The notes beneath the pieces were generated by a model. It made no database searches and had not been told where the DNA came from. It saw only the letters and a list, made by a program, of their open reading frames with translations. A stretch of DNA of 24,000 nt, from NCBI GenBank assembly GCA_007693505.1, contig REDL01000052.1, positions 51,748 through 75,747 on the forward strand. The letters run 5' to 3'. Position 1 is the first letter of the stretch; every line of letters starts with the position of its first letter. Positions 10,260-16,916 of this stretch are shown here, in pieces. Made by a program: the position numbers and the translations under genes. This DNA comes from Desulfovibrionales bacterium. Lineage in GTDB: Bacteria; Desulfobacterota; Desulfovibrionia; Desulfovibrionales; Desulfonatronaceae.

Positions 10260-11459
10260 TCAGGTCGAGAGCGGCATGGAAAGATGTCCAAAAGCGCTGT
10301 CGTGACCGCGGCGCACCGAGACAAGCTTTTTGCGGGACTGATCAACCGGCATGTCTGAAGTAATCTCAGAAAAGTCCGGGGGAGAATCGCCGATTGTTTC
10401 CCGTCGCTCCCTGGATGAGGCGGAATTCGGTCCACGGAGAATCTGGACAAGGTCCCGATTCGCGCTGAGTTCCTCCAGCAGGTGATCGTTGGAACGATTT
10501 CGAATGAATGCCGCGGCCATATGGACCGCGCTGCTCAAGGCCTTGGCGTTGGACGCTCCGTGACAAACGATGCCGATGCCCTTCAACCCCAGCAAGGGCG
10601 CGCCTCCATATTCGGCGTAATCAATGCGTCGGGAAAAGCGTCGCAAGGCCTTGCTGGAGAACATACACCCGCAACGTGACCAAAATCCGGCGAGTAATTC
10701 CCGCTTAAGCAATCGCCCAAGAGATAGGGCGAGCCCTTCGCTCAATTTCAAGACGACATTCCCTACGAACCCGTCACAGACAACCACGTCCACATCGCCG
10801 GTAAAGACATCCCGGCCTTCGACGTTGCCCCTGAAATTCAGAGAAGATTTGCGCAATAGATCAAAAGCCAGCTTGACCTGATAGTTGCCCTTGCCTTCTT
10901 CTTCTCCGATGCTCATAAGGCCGATACGAGGTCGGGGAACACCCAGAACCGACTTGGCCAAAACATCGGCCATGATGGCGAACTGCAACAGGTTGTGCGG
11001 CTTGCAATCGACATTGGCACCAACATCGATGAGCACCATGGGCTTTTTCTCGGTGGGCAGGATACCGGCCAAGGCCGGCCGGTCGATACCCTCAATCCGC
11101 CCCAGGGTGAACATCCCACAGGCCAACGTCGCTCCGGAATTGCCGGCACTGACCATGCCGTCCGCCCGTCCCTCTTTGACAAGCCGAAAAGCGACCTGAA
11201 CCGAACTGTCCTTCTTGCGGCGCAGGGCATCCGAGGGCTTGTCATGCATGTCCACCACCTGTTCGGCGTGCACCACCTCCACGTCGACGCTCATCGCCTT
11301 GGCAGCGCTCAACTCCGCTTGAATTTCAGGCTCACGGCCGACCAGGATGACCTTGATGTCATCCGAGCCCAGTGCATTCAGCACTCCACGGACAACCACC
11401 GAAGGGCCGAAATCCCCACCCATGGCGTCCACGGCGATGCAGGGCTTATGCTGCTGCAT
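10260..11459 (-). CDS. plsX: phosphate acyltransferase PlsX (with an unusual ~60 aa C-terminal tail)
   Basis: 399 aa: IAVDAMGGDFGP, GNSGA, VCDGFVGNV and IVCHGASNAKA. It follows rpmF as in the conserved rpmF-plsX-fabH cluster. Confidence 0.92.
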   Translation of the reverse strand: MQQHKPCIAVDAMGGDFGPSVVVRGVLNALGSDDIKVILVGREPEIQAELSAAKAMSVDVEVVHAEQVVDMHDKPSDALRRKKDSSVQVAFRLVKEGRADGMVSAGNSGATLACGMFTLGRIEGIDRPALAGILPTEKKPMVLIDVGANVDCKPHNLLQFAIMADVLAKSVLGVPRPRIGLMSIGEEEGKGNYQVKLAFDLLRKSSLNFRGNVEGRDVFTGDVDVVVCDGFVGNVVLKLSEGLALSLGRLLKRELLAGFWSRCGCMFSSKALRRFSRRIDYAEYGGAPLLGLKGIGIVCHGASNAKALSSAVHMAAAFIRNRSNDHLLEELSANRDLVQILRGPNSASSRERRETIGDSPPDFSEITSDMPVDQSRKKLVSVRRGHDSAFGHLSMPLST

Positions 11460-11637
11460 CCGACTCTTTGACGGCGAGACGTTGGACGCCCTTGTACGTG
11501 CCGCAAGCGGAACAGATACGATGGGATCGCGTCAACTCACCGCACTCACAGTAAATGGGATTAGGAATGGCGACAGCATCGTGGGATCGGCGCATACCGC
11601 GCTTTGAACGGGAGGTTTTCTTTTTGGGCAATGCCAT
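11446..11637 (-). CDS. rpmF: 50S ribosomal protein L32
   Basis: 63 aa: MALPKKKTSRSKRGMRRSHD, with a CxC...CxxC zinc-ribbon-like segment. It overlaps the plsX start by 14 nt. Confidence 0.95.
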   Translation of the reverse strand: MALPKKKTSRSKRGMRRSHDAVAIPNPIYCECGELTRSHRICSACGTYKGVQRLAVKESDAAA

Positions 11638-11759
11638 GGTGAGGTGTCCTTAAAAGATGATAAGTGTTGTTGGGAAAGAAAAAAGACGGGACTATAGGGG
11701 TTTCAAAACATGAAAATTTTTACCAGCAGTGATTGTTGGTTGCCGATGTCCCGTTTCCA

Positions 11760-12281
11760 TCACGACAGCTTGAGAGAGTGCAGGGCGGCCAGCCGAGGAT
11801 CTCCTGTGGTTGGTGCGCAATCACAACTTCCGACGTTCTTGTTCGTTCCGCATTGCGCGCAGATACCTCGACACAACAAGGAGCACAGTGGCTTGTCCGG
11901 GTGGGCCAACTGGAGCTGCTCCCAAAGAAAGCCGGCCACATCCAGATAGTACAGACCATCTTTAGCAATGATCCACCAGGCGTCATCCGACCGGCTGGCA
12001 AGGTCCGGAAAGGCTTCGAACTCATGAAATTCCGTTTCAACGGACAAGATGAATTCCTCAGCACATCGACCACAGGGGATGGCCAGAGAACCGCGCAAAG
12101 AGCCTTCAACCGTACAGCCATCGGCATGGGGCACGATGCGCAGAACCGCGGAAAAGGGGTCGGCAATTCGATAGGGAAGGTGGAATTCATTGATGGGATC
12201 AACCCAAATCCGTTGGTCCTCAAAACAAAACTCCCGGCCTTCGACCGGGAGACTGGTTGTCTCGATATACATGTCTGTCAT
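11760..12281 (-). CDS. yceD: YceD/DUF177 family protein (large ribosomal RNA subunit accumulation protein)
   Basis: The frame is 11760..12344. The start is taken at ATG 12281 (MTDMYIETT...), preceded by GGAGAGAG. The C-terminal Cys-rich segment is [19 protein letters not shown]. It sits immediately upstream of rpmF, as is typical. Confidence 0.85.
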   Translation of the reverse strand: MTDMYIETTSLPVEGREFCFEDQRIWVDPINEFHLPYRIADPFSAVLRIVPHADGCTVEGSLRGSLAIPCGRCAEEFILSVETEFHEFEAFPDLASRSDDAWWIIAKDGLYYLDVAGFLWEQLQLAHPDKPLCSLLCRGICAQCGTNKNVGSCDCAPTTGDPRLAALHSLKLS

Positions 12282-12337
12282 TGCTCTCTCCAAAAAAAAT
12301 ACGTATCCCCACCTGGCCCGGATTGTCAAGAAATCTC

Positions 12338-12366
12338 TTGCCAAACATGCAGAGTCCGGCTAAAAG
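12338..12366 (+). promoter_or_regulatory. candidate sigma70-type promoter for rpmB (TTGCCA-17-TAAAAG)
   Basis: Read directly: TTGCCA at 12338-12343, a 17 nt spacer, then TAAAAG at 12361-12366. Called by pattern match only. Confidence 0.3.
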
Positions 12367-12532
12367 ATTCTGTTTCGTACATGCCGATGCCCGGATTCGC
12401 TCCGGGAATGTACACTGGATGCAGGATTTGGGTATCAAGTTATGTGCCGCACATTCCGTGCAGCATTCGAATGTTCGCCATGCGCTTCGGCTCCGCCGTG
12501 AGCACAAGTCAACCACTTTGAGGAGTACTGTC

Positions 12533-12748
12533 ATGTCCAAGGTTTGTGACATCTGCGGGAAACGTCCCCACACTGGCAATAACGTCAGCCACGCCAACAA
12601 CAAAACCAAACGCCGCTTCCTGCCGAACCTGCAACAGGTCCGGGCTCAAATGCCCGATGGCGAGACCCAACGTCTGAAGGTCTGTACCCGATGCATCCGC
12701 TCCAATGCCGTGACCAAGCCAGTGGCCCATCCAGCCGCAGAAGCATAA
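12533..12748 (+). CDS. rpmB: 50S ribosomal protein L28
   Basis: An internal ATG at 12533 within ORF 12257..12748, preceded by GAGGAG (12521-12526). The protein is [34 protein letters not shown], the canonical L28 N-terminus. Confidence 0.93.
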   Translation: MSKVCDICGKRPHTGNNVSHANNKTKRRFLPNLQQVRAQMPDGETQRLKVCTRCIRSNAVTKPVAHPAAEA

Positions 12749-12762
12749 TGCACTTCCCACTA

Positions 12763-12790
12763 GGGCGGCTCACAGGCCGCCCTTTTTTTT
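12763..12790 (+). terminator. rho-independent terminator after rpmB
   Basis: GGGCGGC (12763-12769), a 6 nt loop, GCCGCCC (12776-12782), then T8 (12783-12790). Confidence 0.75.
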
Positions 12791-12820
12791 CGATGCAATC
12801 TGCCTGGCCTTGAAGCCCTC

Positions 12821-14239
12821 TCAGCCTGTCGGCCCTGCCGCTTCCCCTTTTCGCTCCGCCCTGGCCAGCCTGCGGAGAACCCGATCCTTGCCCAGAACTT
12901 CCATAATTTCATAAATCCCTGGACTTTTGGTTTTGCCGGTCAATGCCACCCGCAGAGGCTGGGCCAAAACCTTGAACGCAACGCCCTGCTCGACAAGATA
13001 TTCCTTGAACATCGCTTCCAGGCTTTGCTGATCAAACACGACGACCTCGGCCAAACGGGGTCGCAGCCTGCCGAAATGACCTCTGGCCTCGGGCGTCAAA
13101 AACTTGTCCACCGAGGCCGGGTCCATGGGGAGCCTCTCGTCTTCGACAACGAAAAATTCGGCCATCTCGGCCATTTCGACCATGGTTCCAGCCCGAGGCT
13201 GCAACAGGGGTACAATTAACTGCAAATAGTTCTCGTCGGCTCTACCAAAGCCGCGTTCCGTCAAGTGTACGGCGAGGAGGGACGCTATCCGTTCAACGGG
13301 TTCGTTTTTGATGTAGTGATTATTCAGCCAGAGCAGTTTGCTCTGGTCAAAGACACAGGCCGCCGTCCCCAGGTGGTCCAGACTGAAAACCCGAAGCAAC
13401 TCGTCCAGGTGAAAAACTTCCTGGTCCCCATGGGACCAGCCCAGCCGGACCAGGTAGTTGACCATGGCTTCAGGCAAATACCCCATATCCCGATAAGCTG
13501 TTACCGATGTAGCCCCGTGTCGCTTGCTCAATTTCTTTTTGTCCGGGCCAAGAATCATTGGCACATGAGCGAAGCGAGGCAGATCCCGGCCAAAGGCTTC
13601 ATAGAGCAGAACCTGTTTTGGGGTGTTGCTGAGGTGATCGTCACCACGAATGACATGGGTCAAATTCATGGTCACGTCATCCACCACTACGGCCAGATTA
13701 TAGGTGGGCATGCCGTCCAGTCGACGCAGAACCATGTCGTCCAATTGGGCATTCGGCACGGCCACAGGGCCTTTGACCAGGTCTTGAAACGCGGTCTCCC
13801 CGCTTTCTGGAGTTTTGAACCGCACCACCCTGCCCGGGCCATTTTTCAAATCTCTGCCGCGGCACCGGCCATTGTATTTGGGTACGGCGCCGGTGGCACG
13901 GGCTTCGGCGCGCATGGCTTCCACCTCGTCCGGCGTACAAGCGCAGAAATAGGCATGCCCGGTTTCCAGCAGCTGATCAATGTACTGGTTGTATAAGTCA
14001 ATTCGCCGGCTCTGAAAATACGGCCCCTCATCCCAGTCCAACCCCAACCAGCGCATGCCGTCCAGAATGCCTTGAGTCATTTCTTCGGAAGATCTGGCCA
14101 CGTCCGTGTCCTCGATCCGCAAAATGAACTTTCCGCCGTTCTTGCGCGCCCAAAGCCAGTTGAACAAAGCCGTACGCGCCCCGCCCACATGCAGATGTCC
14201 GGTAGGACTTGGTGGAAAACGCGTGATAACCTGGGTCAT
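12821..14239 (-). CDS. gltX: glutamate--tRNA ligase
   Basis: The frame is 12821..14272. The start is at ATG 14239 (MTQVITRFPPSPTGHLHVGGARTALFNW), preceded by AAGGAG. The HIGH motif (HLHVGG) and the KMSKS-like motif KLSKR are present. Confidence 0.95.
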   Translation of the reverse strand: MTQVITRFPPSPTGHLHVGGARTALFNWLWARKNGGKFILRIEDTDVARSSEEMTQGILDGMRWLGLDWDEGPYFQSRRIDLYNQYIDQLLETGHAYFCACTPDEVEAMRAEARATGAVPKYNGRCRGRDLKNGPGRVVRFKTPESGETAFQDLVKGPVAVPNAQLDDMVLRRLDGMPTYNLAVVVDDVTMNLTHVIRGDDHLSNTPKQVLLYEAFGRDLPRFAHVPMILGPDKKKLSKRHGATSVTAYRDMGYLPEAMVNYLVRLGWSHGDQEVFHLDELLRVFSLDHLGTAACVFDQSKLLWLNNHYIKNEPVERIASLLAVHLTERGFGRADENYLQLIVPLLQPRAGTMVEMAEMAEFFVVEDERLPMDPASVDKFLTPEARGHFGRLRPRLAEVVVFDQQSLEAMFKEYLVEQGVAFKVLAQPLRVALTGKTKSPGIYEIMEVLGKDRVLRRLARAERKGEAAGPTG

Positions 14240-14309
14240 TGCCTGCTCCTTGTACATGTAAAAACGGGCCAAGGCCCGCTGACTATCTGTCTCGTATCCC
14301 GATATCCCG

Positions 14310-14531
14310 CTAAGCCGCCTGGACCGACCTGATCTCGGGCAATTCTTTCAAGATGGTCTTCTCTACGGCGTTTTTCAGCGTTGCCCCCGACATGGGACAT
14401 CCCTTGCAAGCCCCGGTCAACCGCACCGTGACCACGCCGTCCGCCGAGACGTCCACCAGCTCCACGTCCCCGCCATCCCGTTGCAAATGCGGCCTGATCG
14501 TCTCCAACACCGCCTGAACCTTTTCCCGCAT
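14310..14531 (-). CDS. NifU-like (Nfu-type) Fe-S cluster carrier domain protein
   Basis: The start is taken at ATG 14531: MREKVQAVLETIRPHLQRDGGDVELVDVSADGVVTVRLTGACKGCPMS. This is the typical NifU C-terminal domain with a CxxC motif. Confidence 0.8.
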   Translation of the reverse strand: MREKVQAVLETIRPHLQRDGGDVELVDVSADGVVTVRLTGACKGCPMSGATLKNAVEKTILKELPEIRSVQAA

Positions 14532-14815
14532 TATGCTCTCCCTAATATCCTTCGATCCGCCACTCCGCGAACAGAAGCCTAAAAAAACGAGCAATATAGC
14601 CGCTGCCCTTCAACGCGTCAAACAGCCTCGCGACCAGACACCGGCTTTTCCAGTTCCTATGGCCCAGCGAAGTCGGAAACGCGGATCGCTGTTTGGTGGT
14701 TATGTTGTTCCAGTCATGAAGGATTGCCGAGGCAATCGTCGAGCAGGAACATTTCTATCTGGTGCGTATGGCGGTCCGGACACAGGTGGGGAAGGAACAC
14801 CAAGGTTTGAGAAAA

Positions 14816-14845
14816 TTGACTTCAGGTCGATTTGTGGTCTAAATT
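14816..14845 (+). promoter_or_regulatory. candidate sigma70-type promoter for the toxin-antitoxin operon (TTGACT-18-TAAATT)
   Basis: TTGACT at 14816-14821 and TAAATT at 14840-14845, about 20 nt upstream of the antitoxin ATG. Called by pattern match only. Confidence 0.4.
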
Positions 14846-14864
14846 CAGTCTTATTGGAGGACAC

Positions 14865-15137
14865 ATGAAACTCTCGACGCAAATCAAGCCGATCAGTTAC
14901 CTGAAAGCACATGCCGCTGAAATCGTTCGTGGTTTGGCGGATCAAGGGCACCCCTTGATCATAACCCAGAATGGGGAGGCCAAGGTCGTGCTGCAGGATA
15001 TCAAGGCCTACGAGCAGATGCAGGAAACCATGACCCTGCTGAAAATTCTGGCCCTTGGCATGAACCAGATCGAGGCAGGCAAAATCCAACCCGTCGCGGA
15101 CGTCATCCAGCAGATTCGTGATCATCAAAAGGCCTGA
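14865..15137 (+). CDS. type II antitoxin, Phd/YefM family
   Basis: ATG 14865 is preceded by GGAGG. The protein is MKLSTQIKPISYLKAHAAEIVRGLADQGHPLIITQNGEAKVVLQDIKAYEQMQETMTLL, a typical Phd/YefM fold sequence. Its stop overlaps the toxin start (TGATGATG). Confidence 0.85.
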   Translation: MKLSTQIKPISYLKAHAAEIVRGLADQGHPLIITQNGEAKVVLQDIKAYEQMQETMTLLKILALGMNQIEAGKIQPVADVIQQIRDHQKA

Positions 15138-15466
15138 TGATGTCCTTTCGGGTGCTTTTGACCCACGACGCGGTGCGTGATCTGGAAGACATCTACGATT
15201 ACATCACCGAACACGTCGCACCCGGCAAGGCCGACGACGTTCTTGACCGGACTGAAAAGGCGCTTGCCGGCCTGAGGCACAGCCCGGAGCGCGGAGTATG
15301 GCCCAGGGAGCTGTCCGCCCTTGGAATGCGTGAGTTTCGGGAGATATTTTTCAAGCCGTACCGGATCATCTACAGGATCATCGGCCAGGACGTTTACGTT
15401 ATGCTGATCGCCGACGGCCGGAGAGACATGCAGACACTGCTTCAACGTAGACTGCTGCGAGCCTGA
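15137..15466 (+). CDS. type II toxin, RelE/ParE family (ParE-like)
   Basis: 109 aa: VLLTHDAVRDLEDIYDYI...FREIFFKPYRIIYRIIGQDVYVMLIADGRRD. This matches the ParE/RelE family pattern, and it is translationally coupled to the antitoxin. Confidence 0.85.
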   Translation: MMSFRVLLTHDAVRDLEDIYDYITEHVAPGKADDVLDRTEKALAGLRHSPERGVWPRELSALGMREFREIFFKPYRIIYRIIGQDVYVMLIADGRRDMQTLLQRRLLRA

Positions 15467-15631
15467 CCACTGCTGTGGAGCGTATCCGGGATCTGAAAAT
15501 GACCAGGCGCGAGTTTGAATGGCCGCGGAACGACACGACGTCAAACGCTGGGTCATGGGCATCGACGCGGGACCAATATCTTGGAGCCGAATAATTTGCG
15601 ACAAAAAACCCTGAATGAGCTGCGCCAAGCC

Positions 15632-15659
15632 TTGAAGAACATGAGGGGCGGAATATTTT
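15632..15659 (+). promoter_or_regulatory. candidate sigma70-type promoter upstream of hgcA (TTGAAG-16-TATTTT)
   Basis: TTGAAG at 15632-15637, a 16 nt spacer, then TATTTT at 15654-15659, in the AT-richer stretch just before the GC-rich block. Called by pattern match only. Confidence 0.3.
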
Positions 15660-15726
15660 CAGCCAGACTTTCAAACTTTTTACACATGGCTCGATTTGCA
15701 AACCTGATCACGGAACTGGAAGCATC

Positions 15727-15837
15727 ATGAAACCATTACAGCCCTTTCCCACGGCCCCTCCCTTGCCCGACACGATGCCTCCTGGCCTTTCCTCCGTGGT
15801 CGGACCAAGCCCGGGTTCAGCCGCTGCTCCCTGTTGA
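15727..15837 (+). other. 36-codon Pro-rich ORF in the hgcA reading frame, ending at an in-frame TGA (leader ORF or recoded N-terminal extension)
   Basis: Hand translation: ATG 15727 gives MKPLQPFPTAPPLPDTMPPGLSSVVGPSPGSAAAPC, then TGA at 15835-15837. The frame is identical to hgcA (15901-15835 = 66). TGGAAG lies 4 nt upstream of the ATG. The ATG overlaps the stop of ORF 15515..15730 as ATGA. Confidence 0.3.
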
Positions 15838-15847
15838 GGCCCGCCCC

Positions 15848-15868
15848 CGGCTCCCGGTGCGGGAGTCG
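15848..15868 (+). promoter_or_regulatory. strong RNA hairpin (9 bp stem, GUG loop) 10 nt downstream of the in-frame TGA and 33 nt upstream of the hgcA GTG
   Basis: CGGCUCCCG (15848-15856), GUG (15857-15859), CGGGAGUCG (15860-15868). There are 8 Watson-Crick pairs plus one G-U. Coordinates were verified against ORF-track anchors 15834 and 15857. Confidence 0.5.
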
Positions 15869-15900
15869 ACGATCTGCCGGGTTATCGGATCGAGCCCTAT

Positions 15901-16905
15901 GTGGACGGGTTCATCACTACCCCGTCGGGACGCGTTCCCCGCGTCAAGGCCCATCCAACGCTTTGGGACCGCCTTGGCGACTGCCGGGCCCGGCTGGGAC
16001 TGGATCGAAACAACTATACCGTCAATCCGGGGCTCTACGCCGTGGGCGACCCATCCCCCGACGCCCCGGTGGTGGTCACGGCCAACTACAAGCTGACCTT
16101 CGACACGGTCCGCTTCGCCCTGCGCGGACGAAACGCCTGGATTTTGGTGACGGACACCCGAGGCATCAACGTCTGGTGCGCCGGAGGCAAGGGTTCCTTC
16201 AGCGCCGAAGCCGTTGCCCTCCAGGTGCGCAAAGCCGGCCTGGACCGCGTCGTGTCCCATCGTCGGCTGATTCTCCCTCAACTGTCCGCCAACGGCGTCC
16301 GACTCCGGGACGTGCGCAAGGCCACGGGTTTCGAGGCCGTCCTGGGGCCGATCCGGGCCGAGGATCTGTCGCGCTTCCTGGACCAGGGTCCCGACGACGC
16401 CATGCGGGAAGTCACATTTACCTTCATGGAACGGCTTGCCGTGGTGCCCGTGGAACTGGTCCTGGGCTGGAAGATGGTTCTCGCGGTCCTGGCCGCGGCG
16501 GCGGTATTGAGCCTCATCGGAACAGAGCTTGCCCTTGGGGCTGTTTTCCAGCGCTGGATCCTGGCCGCCACGGCCACCCTTTTCGGCCTGTTGAGCGGAG
16601 CCATCGCCTTTCCATTGCTGCTGCCCCGACTGCCCACCCGCCTCTTTTCCCTGGCCGGAGCCGGTTTAGCGGCAATCCCGGCCCTGGCCCTGCCGCTGCT
16701 CTTCCCCTCCCCGGCCTGGCCCGCGCTGGTGGGGGTGGGGTTGTGGACCATGACCGTTTCCGCCTGGACTGCCCTGAACTTCACCGGATCCACGCCCTAC
16801 ACATCGCCCTCTGGCGTGGAGAAGGAAATGCGGGCGGCCATCCCCACCCTCGCCGGTTCCACGGTGCTGTCCGTGATCTGCTTCATCTGGGGAAACCTTC
16901 AGTAA
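15901..16905 (+). CDS. hgcA: HgcA, corrinoid-binding membrane protein required for mercury methylation
   Basis: 334 aa from GTG 15901. It carries the diagnostic cap-helix motif NVWCAGGKG (aa 90-98; Cys codon 16177-16179), preceded by VVVTANYKLTFD. The C-terminal half is hydrophobic, with several predicted TM helices (LVLGWKMVLAVLAAAAVLSLIG, ILAATATLFGLLSGAIAFPLLL, LAGAGLAAIPALALPLLF, ALVGVGLWTMTVSAW, IPTLAGSTVLSVICFIW). The start is uncertain: the frame is open upstream with no ATG/GTG/TTG back to the TGA at 15835. Confidence 0.9.
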   Translation: MDGFITTPSGRVPRVKAHPTLWDRLGDCRARLGLDRNNYTVNPGLYAVGDPSPDAPVVVTANYKLTFDTVRFALRGRNAWILVTDTRGINVWCAGGKGSFSAEAVALQVRKAGLDRVVSHRRLILPQLSANGVRLRDVRKATGFEAVLGPIRAEDLSRFLDQGPDDAMREVTFTFMERLAVVPVELVLGWKMVLAVLAAAAVLSLIGTELALGAVFQRWILAATATLFGLLSGAIAFPLLLPRLPTRLFSLAGAGLAAIPALALPLLFPSPAWPALVGVGLWTMTVSAWTALNFTGSTPYTSPSGVEKEMRAAIPTLAGSTVLSVICFIWGNLQ

Positions 16906-16916
16906 GGACGCATGCC

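Noticed and set aside
14700-15128. 142 aa minus-strand ORF and 111 aa plus-strand ORF (14533..14868) around the antitoxin
   Set aside because: The first is antisense to a clear Phd/YefM gene. The second runs through the nifU-like gene start and the intergenic promoter region. Neither shows any motif or SD.
15817-16793. Minus-strand ORFs 15817..16281 and 16278..16793 antisense to hgcA
   Set aside because: These are shadow ORFs in GC-rich DNA. Their composition is low-complexity Gly/Arg/Ala/Pro, they have no recognisable motifs, and they fully overlap a confidently identified gene.
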